Shown here one piece after another: positions 9,601 through 24,600 of a DNA stretch of 64,000 bases. The notes beneath the pieces were generated by a model that made no database searches, had not been told where the DNA came from, and saw nothing but the letters and a program-made list of their open reading frames with translations. Every line of letters begins with the position of its first letter. Positions within the stretch are counted from its first letter, which is position 1. Position numbers and translations under genes: made by a program. This DNA comes from an uncultured Nitrospiraceae bacterium (GTDB lineage: Bacteria; Nitrospirota; Thermodesulfovibrionia; Thermodesulfovibrionales; UBA6898). Location of the stretch: the NCBI GenBank assembly GCA_964506525.1, contig CAZDLA010000001.1, forward strand, positions 155,047 to 219,046, written 5' to 3'.

Positions 9601-12600
9601 TGATAGTGCTGTTATTTTCTGGGGTAATCAGGCCGAAGGCCCCGGGCGCAAGGTTAGTTTCTGTGTTTACATACAGTGTCCCTGTAACTGGCGGCAGTAT
9701 GTTCTGGTTTCTGTCCTTCGCATAATAGTAGATGGTGTATTTGCCTGCCTCATCGAGCCCTGTAGCGCCGCTTGAGGGTATTGCAAAGTCCCACCTGCTG
9801 CCTTCTGCCCCTGTGTACGCAATCTTCTTCAATTCTAACGAAATCTGTCCCGTGCCGCCTGTGCCTGTTATGTTATACGACGGCTTCTTCAACTCTATCC
9901 ATGTCGTGTCCACGTACGCAGGATCTATCATGCCGAAAGCGGTTTTGCCGCTGCCGGACATGACTGTAATCGTGGGCATAATCTGATCCCACTTCACCAT
10001 CGCAGGGTTAGTGCCGAGGCCCAGGCTTATACCCGAGGCCAGACCACCGTCTTCCTGTCCCTTAACATTCATAGTACTGCCAACACCGTCTCCATTGTCA
10101 TCAAGCAGAGGGTTTTGGCGTGAGCCCACGCCGTTGTTCTGCTTGGTATTGCCATTATTGCTCGGGCAATTAGTCGTACAGGGGAGCTGCTGCCTCGTTG
10201 TCGTTGCCGCATCCTTAAAGGCGTTGATCAGCGTTTCCCCCTGAGACAGGCTACTAAACAGATAGTACACAAAGAACTCCCCATAGGTTGTTGAGCCGAC
10301 AGTCGGGCCCTGCAGGGACTGCTCATCTTCGGAACTGCTTGTGATTATTATCCTTTTCTTGCCCGGCTTTGACAGGGCGCTTACGAACTTGCCTGAATAG
10401 CAGAAACCGTTGATTATTATAATTTTGAACTGATCGCGGCCAGGAATTGAAGTGTCGTTTTGGATCGATGCCTCAAGATCGGTTATCCAGCTGTCAAGCT
10501 CTGAAGGCGTGATGTATTCGTCAGTAACCTGGTCAGGCACAGGCTGATCAATCAAAAATCTGCCTTCGCCAGCGTCGCTGCCGTGATCCATCAATACAAG
10601 GTAAAGCGGAGCAACTCCATTGTCTTTGATCCGGTTGAAAGCCCACGTTTTGATCGCAGCAGCAACATTCTGCTTTGTTGTCAGAGCGTCCACAATGCCC
10701 GTATAACCGGGGCCCGTCTCATAGCTCATATAGTAGATATTGTTATTAATCGGGTCGTCCTTAAAGCCACGGCTCAACATCTTCTGCCTGATATCGTCAA
10801 GGCTGCGGGTATAACTTGCCCTGTATGTGTTGTTGCTGTCGCCTTCAAGCAGAATTGCATACCCTGCTGAATTGGCAACATTAAAGTCAATTGACGCGGA
10901 TTCGCTCATCGTAAAGTTGCTGTTTCCGGCAAATGTCGCTTTTGCATACCAGATTCCGGTCTTGGTGCCGAATTGATTAAACGGCACATTATATCTGCCG
11001 TACGCATCAGTCATTGCGCTTACACTGTGCTTGATGCTTTCCGGGTCAGTAAATTCAATGGTAACCGGCATATTGAGAAGTGAACCATTAGGCACTGTTG
11101 TGGCAGTCCTGAGTGTGCCGGTTGCTGTTATCGAGCCAGTTGGAGATATACTTGCAGCGTTAAGAGACATTGAAAGACTTGTATCCACCCTTGTTACCGC
11201 GAAGTTAGCGGATGCTGTTTTTGAGTTATACAGGCCGTTTCCGCTGAAAGTTGCTGTAACACTCCAATTGCCTGCAATGTCGATCTTTGCAGCATCCACA
11301 AATGTCCCATAATTACCGCTGCTGTTTGTTGACGTACAATCGCCGCTTACCGGAGTAGAAGAAGGAGCGGTGAAACTGAGGCATATCTCGGCAGGGTAGA
11401 CCGAGCCGCCTGTCGATGCGTTAGTCAGTCTGCCGGCTATGCTGACGCCCTGACCAAAAGACGAACTTTGGGTCGGAGTAACCGTAAGGAGCGTATTACT
11501 TAAATTAGGAGCCTTCACGGTTATGGTGTGAGTTCCAAGCCCCCAACTCTCGCTCGGTGAATCCGTAAATCCCGAAGCAGTGATAGTATAAATCCCGGAA
11601 TTGCTATCTTTATAGAGAAAAGTCGCTGAGCTTGAATCTGTTTCAATAAACGGCAGAAGTGAACTGAAATAATCTCCCCCCGTCGAGAAAAGGCCGGTCC
11701 CTGAAGACGAAAATACATATATCTGTGTACGTGAGGTTGCCTTACGCGTCACATCATAATCGTCTATGATCTTCGCCTTGAGCCAGTCTGACGCCACTCC
11801 CTGCTGGACCTCCCATAAATATGAAGGGTTGACACTTTCCACTACGAGCCTTCTGTAGTTAGGGTCGTAAATTCTCATGGAATACTGCTTTGATGCGCTG
11901 TGGCTGGTGCTATCCGTAACCTGTATCGTAAAGATATAGGTCCCTCTCGTTGTCGGTGTTCCGGTAATATTCCCATCAGTGTTAAGGGTCAAACCAGCTG
12001 GCCATGAGCCTGTTTTTGTAAAGGTGAACGGCCCAATGCCGCCCGCTATCACGACAGATGACGAAAATAAAGTGCCTTTGACTCCTGTGCCATCTCCTAT
12101 GACAGTTGTGGTGATGCTGAGCGGTGCTGCCACGGTTACGATTACGTCCCTGAACGCTGTCAGTCCGCCGCCCGTGGCAGTTATTCTGACCGTGTAAGAA
12201 CCCGGTATCGTTGTAGTGCCAGGCGTAAAGGAAAGTGTGGCTATAACGCCGGCAGGTGTCGGTGTAATCATTGTCGGAGATATACTTATGCCAGCATTAA
12301 GAGGCACTGTACCATGCCAGGCATAGGTGAGAGATACAGCCTGGTCGAACCCGCCAAAAGATGTCAGGGCAAGATTCGCCTGCCGGGTTTCCCCCTGGAC
12401 CACACTGAAGTTGTTGGCAGTAATTGTAAAGCCCTGAATGGTATACGTTGGTGCAACAACTCCACCCGGATTACCATTGCTGTCAATTGCAAAGAATTTA
12501 AGGGTTGTGGTTGTGGATATGGTTATCGGTGTTGCATAGACAGTTGAACCTGCGGTCGGCTCGCTGCCATTGGTAGTGAAATAGATTGTCGCGCCCTGCT

Positions 12601-15600
12601 CAGTTGAAAGAGTAACAGTCTGGGCAGAGGTATAGGTTCCTGCCGGCACTGACGGCGTGACTGTCGGGCCTGTGGTGTCAAGCGTAATGTCATCGCTATA
12701 CACAACTGACCAGTTGCCCAAGGTGTCTTTGAATTTGACGTACACCGTACGGATACCGTCAGGGCCGGAGGCCAGTGTCCAAGGCCCGGGATTGGTTGCA
12801 TACGCAACTTCTGAAGCACCGGTGAATGACGCATCATTGCTGATCATCATCGTCGCGACCCCGCTTGGATCAGTGGCAGAGAGAGCGAGGCTTACAGAGG
12901 TAGAGTTGGTCGTCGCCGCACCATTGCTTATCAAGATAGTATCCGCACCAGGCGTGTACAGTTCGGCTGAACTGTGCTTCGTATTCCCCCACGGACCATC
13001 AGCGCCACCCGTTATAAGAACTTTACCATTCAGGAGAAGCACTGATTTCTGCGCAGTTCTTGCATAATTCATATTTCCAGTCATTGAAAAGGTCCCTGTA
13101 GCCGGATCATATATCTCTGATGAATTAAACGCACTCATAGAAGCCCCTGATGATGCATTGCCACCCGTGATAAGAATCTTTCCGTTCGGAAGTGATGTTA
13201 CATCAAAAATACGTCTGGCGACATTTAAACTTCCCGTTGCCGAAAATGTCCCTGTTGCTGGATTATATATTTCTGCTGAACTGAGATAGTCGGTACTATT
13301 ACTTCCACCAGAAACCAGAACTGTACCATTGGATAAGAGAATGGCTCTATGCGACTCTCTTGCAACACTCATGGAACCTGTTGCGGTAAACAAACCGGTA
13401 GCAGGATCATAGAGTTCTGCACTGCTAAGATATCCAAATCCTCTCGCAACTCCACCGGTAATTAATATTCTTCCATTAGGCAAAAGAGTAGCAGTATGCG
13501 AGTCTCGTGGAGTTACCATGGAACCAGTCTGTGTGAAAGTTCCTGTCGAAGAATTATATATCTCTGCGACCTGGGGGTTCGTATTTGATTCATTGTAACC
13601 ACCAATAACCACAACGTTACCGTTTGAGAGCAAGGTCGCTGAATGCACGCCACGCTTATTTGTCATGCTCCCGGAAGCAGTAAATGCATTTGTGACAGGA
13701 TCATATAGTTCAGAGGAAGTATGAAAGCCAACATAAGGAATTTGGCCTCCAATTATAATCACGTCACCGTTTGAAAGCAGAGTGGCCGTATGTACAACTC
13801 TCTGAAGCGACATATTACCTGATGCGGTGAAATTCCCGCTTGCTGGATCATATGTTTCAGCAGTATTTACCGCATGCTCGCCCGTGTCTTCACCGCCGAC
13901 AAGCAATACTTTACCACTGCTCAAAGTGGTTGCAGTGTGCTCTGTTCTTGGCGCATTCATGCTCCCTGTTGCCGCAAAGGACCCAGTGCCGATGCTGCTA
14001 CCTAAAGGCCCTGTCGTATCAACAGTCACCGTATAACTGCCTGAGGTTGACCAGTTGCCTGTGTCATCACGCTCCTGAACGTAGAGCGTGTGTGAGCCGT
14101 CAGACAATCCCGTTAAAGGCGTAAATGATACCGTCGTTGTCTCGGTCGCTCCGCTTATTAAATTACTGCTGTTGAGTTTGTAACGGAATGTCCCGTTACC
14201 ACCGCCGTTAGGACTCCATGTCCATGTCGGTTTGTTATTGCTCGTGAGAGCTGTAGCGCTTGTGACTGTCGGCGCTGTCGGTGCTGCGTTGTCCACCGTA
14301 AAGGTTGCGCTTGGCCCTGCTGCTGCGGTCGGATTTCCCGCTGCATCGCGGCCAGTGCCTGAGGCAAGGCTAATCCCTAATGTTCCGTTGCCAATGATGC
14401 CTGAGATAGTAACCGTCCTCGTGGTATTGCCCGTCCCACTTACGGCAACGGTGCCGTCGGCTGTGCCGGTCTTGTTCAATGTGATGTTGCCCGGCGCAAG
14501 AGTAATCGTGTCGGCTCCGGTGTAGGTAGTTGTATAAGTAACATTATTATTACTTGTTAAAGTTGCAGAAGGGGCGCTTAGCTCCAATGTCGGCACTGTC
14601 AGATCAAGCGTGATCGTGTCGCTATACACGGATGACCAGTTGCCAGCTGTGTCTTTGAATTTAGCATAGACTGTCTTTTCACCTTCGCCTGAAAGAAGCG
14701 TCCATGCCTTACTCACAACATAGTTTTCCTCAACCGCGTCTGTTAAGTTTGAATCATTGCTTACCATCATCTTTGAGACACCATTAGCGTCAGAGGCGGA
14801 AAGACTGAGGGTTACGGATGTGCTGTTGGTGGATGCTGCGCCGTAATTAATGGTTACACCGGTTCCAGCGCTATTTGAAAAACCACCTCGCACCGGCCAG
14901 ACACTGGGACTGCCGGCCGTTTTAACGCCGTCGCCAAGATTTCCATTGGCCATACTAAAGCCACGAGCATTGTTAGTTGCATAAGCGTAGGTAGAAGATG
15001 ACCAGTACAGGTTAGCCTGCGCGTTCACGTTGCTGAAGCCTTGTCCGTTAAGCCATGCCGCCGGTGTTGATATGTAATTTGTCGGCAGGCTTGCCAGTTC
15101 AAGAATATTGGGAAGTCTCCAGTCGCCTGCTGCAGAACCGTCACTCAGTCCGCAACTGCCAGAAGCAAGGTTATTTGCTGATGATAATGCAGCACTCCAG
15201 GGTTGAACTCCAAAACAATTTGCATTTTTTAGCCATAGCAGACCTGTGAGATTATCTGTCACTGTGCCGTTATTATTATCCGTAAATCTTGGGCTCGGCA
15301 CTGCAATTCCCTGTGGGATACTCACAACGTCTGACCAGGCGTTTTTATTCCATGTAATACCGTAGACCTTGTCCGTAACACTGCTACCATTGTCAGTAAA
15401 GGCTGGGCTTGTATAGTCAAGACCTGCCTGCAACGCACCGTCATCACGTGTGCCATAACTCGTGGTCTGCCCTGTCTTGGCTATTACTCCAAAGCCTGCG
15501 CCTGTTGGCCCGGTCTGGTCGATTGTCCATGAATAGCTTGCAGGAGTTAGGTCATAATTGCCTGCCGTGTCCTTTGCCCTTACCTGGAATGTATGAGCTG

Positions 15601-18600
15601 CCACAGACAGGCCGCTGTAATCTTGCGGGCTTGGGCAAACAGCCCAGCCTCCGCTGTCAAGGTTGCACTCAAAGGTAGAGGGTTCGTTCGCCGAGAAGGT
15701 GAACGTTGCCGATGTGCTGTTCGTCACAGCAACCGGATTGCCTGTTATGACAGTGGAAGGCGGAGTAGTGTCACTCCCCTGGACTGCTGTGATGGTGATG
15801 GCATGACTGCCTGTAGCCCACTGCTCGCTCGATGTGCCCGGAACGCCTGCTGCAGTTATCGTAAATGTGTTGACAGTCGAGTCCTTATAGAGGAATCTCT
15901 TTGAGGATGCTCCGGTCGCAATGTCAGGAGAGAAAATGCCAGACCAGCTTGCGCCGTCGGCTGAGAAGAGTCCTGTGCCCGAGGTAGAGGTTATATCAAT
16001 ACCGGTTGGCGATGCCATGGTAACAAGCGCATCATAGTCATCATAAACCTTTGCGTATATCCAACCGCTTGCACTGTTCTGTTCAATGCTCCATAAAGTG
16101 GATTCAAGCACGAGCTTTCTGTATGCAGTGTCATAGACCCGGACAGTGTACTGCTTTGAGTCTGTATGGCTGTCCGTGTCAGCAGCCTGAATTGTGAATG
16201 TGAACGTGCCTCTTGCAGAGAGCGTGCCGCTGAATGAACCATTCGCATTCAAGGACAGTCCCGTCGGCAGTGTGCCGGAGGTGACGATAAAGGTATATGC
16301 CCCTACTCCGCCGGTTGCAGAGAAAGTCGGGCTATATGTCTGGCCTTTTATGCCAGAGGCAAGAGTTGTGGTCGAGATTACCAGCGGTGCAGATACGTTC
16401 ACAAGAATGTCGCCGGTCTGAATGATTGACCCACTTGTGGCAGTGACACGCAGCGTGTACGTGCCAACAGGTGTGCCTGCACCTGCTGTAAAGGAAACAC
16501 TTGTAGTTGCCCCTGAAGGCGTAGGTGTTATGCTTGACGGAGTAATGTTTACTGCTGCACCTGCGGGCGTTGTACTGACCCATGCGTATGTGAGGTCAGC
16601 CGTTTGGCTATACCCGCCATAAGACGAAAGTTTCAAATCTGCCGAGCGAGTATCGCCCTGAACTGCGTTGATAGTGTCTGCGATACCGTAGAGTGCCTGA
16701 ATCTCAGAGACAGAGAGGGCACGGTTGTAGATGCGAAAATCGTCGAGCGATCCATTAAGGAACTGCTGATCGCATGAGCCCGGTACAGAGCCAGGACAAT
16801 AAGCTCCTATCGTCCACGTACCAGTTCGCGCTTTAGCAGACATAACAGCGTCACATTGCTTAGTCACGGCCTGATTCACTCCATCTACCCAAATATTAGT
16901 GCTATGTGTGGCTGCATTCCAGACAGTCACCACATGCTGCCACTGACCGACTGCTAATGCTGATGCGCCGACCGTAAGGTTGCAGCCAATGTTATCATCT
17001 AAATACAAATACGGCCCCGGGCCGTATGCGGGATAAGCCTTTAACGAAAGTTGAAAAGCTCCTACCGGCATCGAGTTGCCTAGGCCTTGCGAATAGCCCA
17101 ACACAAAATTGCTCATAACGTCTTGATTAAGTCTCACCCAGTGGGCAATAGTGAAATTTTTAGTATCATCGAGGGCTGGTGACAAGTTCGTGCCCGGCAC
17201 GTCGACACGGTCGTTGATACCGTCAAACCCATAGGCATTATTCGCATTTCCGAACCTATCCGTTGTCAGCGTTGCGCCATTGACTGTGCCGTTGTTGCCA
17301 TTACCGCTTTCGTCATTGGCATTGCCGTTGAACGGATACCACGCCACAAGGCCGGTGCTGATGTTGCTGGTGTTTGTGATATTAAATCCATGAATGGTGT
17401 AAGCCGCCGTAACAATGGAGCCGGGATTGCCGAGGCTGTCAACAGCAAAGAATTTGAGTGTTGTTGTTGCGGATATGATTATCGGTGTTGAATAGACAGT
17501 TGAACCCGTCGTTGGATCGCTTCCATTGGTGGTGTAATAGATATTCCCGCAGCCTGTGCCTGTCCCGTCGTTGCAGGTAAGCGTCACTGTCTGAGTTGTG
17601 GTATATGTCCCGCCTGCTACTGACGGGGTCACTACAGGACCGGTAGTATCAAGCGTGATCGTGTCGTTGTAAACAGAGGACCAGTTGTTGGCGTTGTCTT
17701 TGAATTTTACGTAGACAGTGCGGACGCCATCGGGTCCAGGGGCAAGTGTCCAGGGGCTTGAAGTGGCATAATCAACCTCTGGTGCGCCAGTAAATGCAGG
17801 GTCATTGCTGACCATCATCTTCGAAACGCCGTTGGCGTCAGTGGCGGATAGTGTCAGGGTTACAGATGCACTGTTGGTTGAGGCTGCGTTAGAGTTGATC
17901 GAGATGGCATCAGATGCAGGGGTGTATGCCTCAACCGTTAGAAGAACGCCGCTCGCGTTACCGCCGCCGACAACGTAGAGAATGTTATTTACCACACCAC
18001 CGACTACGTCTTGTCGTGTTGTAGGCATCGGAGCCGCGGGGGACCAAGTGTTGGTCACAGGGTTATAGGCCTCAGAGGAGTCCGTCGTAGGCGTCACGCC
18101 GTTGTACCCCCCCACAGCGTAGATAATACCATTCACAACACCAACCGCATGACCGCTTCTCCCCGTAGACATTGGAGCAACTGTGGTCCAGGCGTCAGTT
18201 GCCGGATTATAGGCCTCTACCGTCGCTAAATACACACTGTAATTTGCGCCTCCCACAGCGTAAAGAATGCCATTCACCACACCGACACCAAAGTTATATC
18301 TGGCAGTAGGCATTGGAGCCTTCGTGCTCCATGTATTGGTCGCCGGGTCGTAAGCTTCAACGGTAGCTATTATCCCGCCGCCATTACTAATCCCGCCCAC
18401 AGCGTAAAGAATACCGTTTACCGCACCCACAGCAAAGTTTCTTCGGGTCGTAGGCATCGGGGCCTTGGTGGTCCAGGTATTGGTCGCCGGATCGTAGGCC
18501 TCAATCGTGTTCATACCGGGATTCGGGTTGTAACAACCGTCAGTTCCACCCACGACATAAAGTATGCCGCTCACCGCGGCGGAGCTGGGCGCCCACCTTG

Positions 18601-21600
18601 GGCTTGGCATGGAGGTCTTAGCTGCCCATGTATTCGTAGCCGGATCATAGGCTTCAAGTGTCGAGTACGCACCACAGGAATAGTTCGTCCCACCAACTGC
18701 GTAAAGGAGACTATCGATCCCTGTAACGGTGTTGCCAGGACGCGCTACTGGCATTGAGGCTTTGGTCGTCCAAGTGCCACTGCCACCAGATGTCGGTCCT
18801 GTGATGTCAATTGTGATCAATTTAGTTCCTGATATTGACCAGTTGCCTACATCATCCCGCTCCTGCACATAGAGCGTATGCAGGCCTTCGGTCAGATTGC
18901 TTGCAGGCGTGAAGTTCAATGCTGCCGTCTCTGTTACCCCGGTTGTCAGATCACTGTTGTCGAGCTTATAACGGTATGTCCCATTGCCTCCGCCGCCCGG
19001 AGTCCATGTCCATGTCGGCTTCTGATTATTTGTTAGCGCTGTCGTGCTTGTGACTGTCGGCGCAGTAGGAGCAGTGATATCCCACGTCAGCGTCATATCG
19101 CTGTATGTACTGTTGCCTGCAATGTCAGTTGCGGTGAAGCGAATAGTATAAGTGCCGGTTGCACTGGCGGATATGGTCGTTGATAAGGCTGTCGCGGCTC
19201 CAAACGTAACTGTCCCTGGCCCGGCCTGCTTTGTCCATGAATGGGTCATGGCATTGGTGTCTGTCGCTGTTGCTGTCTGGGTGAACTGTGCATTCTTTGT
19301 CTGATTAGCGCCTGCGCTCACTCCTGTCGGCGCGGTTGTATCAATCACAATCGACTTTGAGTCCGCTATGTTCTGGCTCGCCGGAATTGTTGGATTAGTT
19401 CTGCTGTTTGTTGCAGAATCGGTTATGGTTCCTGAGATGGAACTGATACTCAGAGCTGCTGCGGTCTGACCTACGCCGACCGTATAGGTCCCGCTCCAGG
19501 AGCTGCCAAGACTGAAAGCCCCGGTTGTTATGGATGTGCCAGAGTTGAGATTGATGGTCAGACCTGTTGAGGTCACAGGTTCGCTGAAATTCAGGGTGAT
19601 ATTGACTGCACTGCCAGACTTGTAACCGCCGTTTGCAGTTGTGGAGGTTGCGGATAAGATCGTCGGTGCAACCGTATCATTACCCCAAGCAAGTCCAACT
19701 GAGCCGGAACTTCCCTGAGTAATCAGGGTCTGGTTCGTCCCGTCTGTATTGATCCAATACAAATTGCCAAGAGTCGAAACAAGCACCTTGCTGCCGCTTG
19801 GGTACCAGTCATTTGCCGAACCTGAACCGAGAGTTGCGACAAGCTGGTCTCCATACCCGTTGTTATTGATAATATGAATGTTGCCGCCCGTGGAGGAGTA
19901 GAGAAGTTTTGAATCGTCGAAACTGTAAATTGGGCTGTGTGGCGCATAATTGGCCTGAATCTCAAAAGGGCTTGTAAAATCAGTATTGCTTGTATAGAGC
20001 TTATTAGAGGCGTCATTGCCCTCAGTTCCTCTGACGTATGCTGCATTTGTGCCGCCGCGTGACATAGCAACGGTCTGTGTATTGTATCCCACAACATTTG
20101 TAAGCTGCTGCGCCGTGCCCGTGCCGTCAGACTTGATCTTCCATACTTCCCCGTCACCTGAGGCTGCGCTGTTGAAATATATCCACTGTCCGTCTGCAGA
20201 CCAGCGGGCATTGTCTGCCGGGTAAGTTGTATGGTTGTTAGTTATTTGCCTGAGATCAGCTCCGGAGGCAGTCATAGACCATATCTCATTCCGCCCGCTG
20301 CTGTCTGAGGTAAATGCTATACCGCTTCCGTCTTTGGAAAAGGACGGATTACTCTCAATTGCCGCAGTGCTTGTAAGCTGTTGAGGAGTAGCCCCAGTTT
20401 CATTCGTTACCCAGATATCGTTGTTCTTGACATACGCAATCCTGACCTGCGCTGTCTCGCCATACAGTGACTGAATCTCTGCGTTGCTGAGCGCGCGGTT
20501 ATAGATACGGATGTCGTCAATAAGACCATCTATATACTGATAATTAAATTCAGAATCTTTCCCAATATTGATGGGGCTGCTGAGAACATTTATAGAAAGA
20601 GACGCCTCTGCTACTTTTACACCGTCAATATATAGTTTCTGTAAAGATCCGTCATATGTGCCAGAAACATAATGCCATGAATTCAAGGGTAAAGCTTCAG
20701 GTGAAAACAGTGTGCTGCCAGTGATACCGTCAGACATGCCAAAGCGTATCTTTGTGGAATTATCCGTTTCTAGGAAAATGACTCCGGCGCCAAGCTTGAA
20801 CTCCAGTATTTGTTTGACATCGCTACCCGATGACCGGAAATTAACCCATGCCGAATATGTTGCCTGATTTGTGTTAATTGCAATTGTCGTATTTGACCTG
20901 ATGTAATCATTCACCCCATCAAAACTATACGCCTTATTTGAATTGACGAATCTGTCGGTTGTCAGCGTTGCACCGTTGACTGTTCCGTTGTTGCCATTGC
21001 CGCTTTCGTCATTGGCATTGCCATTGAAGGGATAATAGGCAACAAGCCCGTCGGTGAGGGTTAGCGGATTAAGGATTGTCCCGCCGCGAACCGGCCAGAC
21101 ATAATTTCCAGAAGACTTGGCACCAAAAGTCAAATGTCCATCATTCAAACGAATCGTCCATGCCCAGTTCTTATTAAAGCCACAAGTGCTTGATGACCAA
21201 TAATAGTTGGATTGTCCATCCGAGCCCAATAAATTAGCAAATGGGTGTCCACTAAGAAGGGATGGATTGTATTTAGAATAGTCAACAAGACTATGAAGTT
21301 CATTTCTATTTGGTAGACGCCAATCTGAAAAGCCTGAAAAGGCATTTTGATTTAAACAGTTCACATAAGCTAATGCTTGCGACCATGTTTTTGTTGTTGC
21401 CTGTCCGCAAGTTACTGGGCCTAACGAATTAGCATCTTTTGAAAATACTATGCCGGTCAAACTATCTGTAACAGTTCCATCCAAATTATCTGTAAATCGT
21501 GGCAAGGACCAAGTTGCGCCTCTCTGTAGTGCACCATCATCAGCGCCATAGTAGCTCGTTCTTTGTCCAGTTTGCGAGATTACCGAACTACCCAAGGCCA

Positions 21601-24600
21601 GATTCACATTAGAGCGTACAGGCCAGACATAGTGAGAGTTACTTTTGCTTTCGTATGCGAGTAATCTATCAGTATTGATATCCGTATGAATCAACCATGC
21701 AGAAGACGTATCTCCATTAAAAATGCTTGTACTTGACGACCAATATACATTTGATTGAACATTAGTAAAGCCCTGTCCATTCAGCCATGCAAAATTATTA
21801 GATACTTCAATATTACTAAGGCTATCCAGCTCATTAATATTCGGCAGATACCAGTCGTTATGTCCAAGGTAGTTATTCGTGTTTAAACATGCCACATAAT
21901 CAAGCGCGGCTGTCCAGGTCTTTGTACCGCCGGTGCAGGTCGGTGCACCAGGAACGGTCGGAGTGCCGCCATCCTTGCTCCACTCAAGACCGGTGAGTTT
22001 ATCCGCAATGATATTGCTGTTATCGGTTGAAGCCACAAACCTCGGGCTTGGCCATGCCGCACCTGCCTGAATCTCCCCATCCTGCCCCGTGCCAGCGCAA
22101 GAGGCCAGTTCCGTCCCAGCAGCGTTATAACACTTCGTCTGTCCTGTCCGGGGCAGCTGGATCATAGGAATGGGAGTGAAGAGTTCGGCAGAACTGTGAT
22201 AAACTTCTACATCAGTACGTCCACCCGCAATCAATACTTTTCCATTTGAGAGTAGCGTAACTGTATGCATATCTCGCGCAATATTCATGTTGCTGGTAGC
22301 ACTAAATGTTCCCGCAGTGGGATCATATAACTCCGCCCAACCGTTCCCAGAACTATTGCATCCTATAAATACCTTCCCTGACGAAAGTAAAATTGCGTCA
22401 TCACCAAGACAATTTCTTCCAACACTCATAGAGCCTGTTAAACTGAAAGTTCCAGAGCTTGGATCATATAGTTCTGCCGAACCCATGTTTGCACCATTCC
22501 ATCCGCCTGCTACTAATACTTTTCCATTTGGAAGCAAGGCGGCTGCATGCGCATATCGTGCATTGTTCATATTGCCCGTTGCAGTCAGTGTGTTTGTATT
22601 TGGGTCAAATATTTCTGCCGTGCTGACACCAGAACTGCCAAGTCCACCCGCAATTAAAACTTTCCCGTTAGATAGCAAGGTGGCTGTATTTTGTTGTCTT
22701 TCACTGCTAAAATTGCCTACAACTGTAAAAGTACCGCTACTGGGGTCATACAACTCTAACGCAGTCACGGCAGAACTTGAAGATGACCCTCCACCCGTAA
22801 TCAACACCTTCCCGTTGGGTAAAAGCGTTGACATATGATAATGCCTTGCAGTATTCATGGCCCCTGTATTTGTGAATGTCCCAGTTGCGGGGTTGTACAA
22901 TTCCGCAGTAGCAACAGAGGCAGTGCCATTGTGTCCTCCTGTAATGAGCACTCGGCCGTCAGGCAGACGTGTTGCTGCATGCCCATTTACAGCTTGATTC
23001 AGATTCCCCGTTGAGGTAAATATGCCTGTAACAGGCTCATACAATACTGCAGAGCTTAAATTAGTACTGCCATTCCATCCCCCTGCAATCAACGCTTTAC
23101 CATTTTCCAAAAGGGTTGCCGTGTGATAAGCTCTTCCCGTGCCCATACTCCCCGGCGCCGTCCAGTAGCCATTGCCATAATTATTAGCTGCAAAGTTGGC
23201 AGTCACGTTTCTGGCCAGATCCATCGTAACCGTGCATGTGCCAATGCCTGTGCAGCCTTCACCAGACCAACCGGTAAAGACATTACCGCTGTCGGCTGTT
23301 GCAGTGAGCGTTATTGATGTGCCGCTTGCGTATGACGCAGTGCCGGTGTTGCCGGACCAGTTGATCGTGCCGGTATTAGGCGTGACAGTGCCGGTACCTG
23401 TGCCGGTTTTGGTAGCAGTGAGAGTGTATGTCGCGTACAGAGTCTGAATTTCAGCAGGCGATAGGGCGCGATTGTAGATACGGACTTCGTCAATGGCGCC
23501 GTTCCACCAATCATAATTACCCTCACTGTAGCCAATCGCCAAAACTGCGCTGGTAAAGGACCTTAGCGTATAGGGAAACGACTGACTATTATCCAGTTTG
23601 CCGTCAAGATATACATTTACCTGGCTGCCATCAAATACTGTCGCAACATGATGCCAGTTATTGTCATTGACCCGTGTGTTTGTGCCCACAGAGGCAACCA
23701 CGGAGGTGGTGGCGGCATAAAATTGTGGTCTGCGTGGATATGAAGTATATAACTCAAGATTTAATGCGTAATAAGGGTTTTGAGATCCTGACGAAAAAAC
23801 ACCTGCAATCGTGGGAGTTGCATAACCGCCAGTGCCCTTACTGTTAATCCATGCCAAGACAGTGACCTGTGATATTGATGCCTTTGAATCAACCGTGCTG
23901 TAAATTTTATTTGATGATCCATTAAAGTTATAAGCCATATTCGTATTCCCAAACCTGTCCGTTGTCAGCGTTGCACCGTTGACTGTGCCATGATTGCCAT
24001 TGCCGCTTTCGTCATTGGCATTGCCGTTGAAAGGGTAATAGGCGACAAGGCCATAGCTTGTGTTGTTAACAGTCCCGCCTCGGACGGGCCAGACGTAGTA
24101 GCTTCCGGATTTAGCGAATTCATTGCCCAGATGGAAACTGCTTGTATGAGAATGCCACGCATATGACGTTTTTCCGGCAACAGTTGTCGACAGCCAATAA
24201 TAGTTAGACTGCAGGTTTGTGAAAGGATGATCGGACTGTAATGCTGGATAGTTCAGTTCATGGTTCGCCAGGCTTCTAATCTCCTTCCGATTAGGCAGCC
24301 TCCAGTCTCTGAAACCAAGATAATTGTTTGCATTCAGACATGCGACATAATCCAGTGCCCCCTGCCATGTTTTAGTTGTCGCAGGTCCGCACGCACCCGG
24401 CCCCGGCGCGTTGGCATCCTTTGTCCATATAAGCCCCGTAAGGCTATCAGTTACCGTAATACCGCTGTCCACAAAGCGAGGAGAAGGCCAACTAACACCT
24501 TTCTGTAATGCACCATCGTCATTAGCCGCATATTGTGTTGTCTGTCCAGTCCGCCATACTGCCGCAGGCCCCGTTGAAACCGCACGAACAGGCCAAACGT

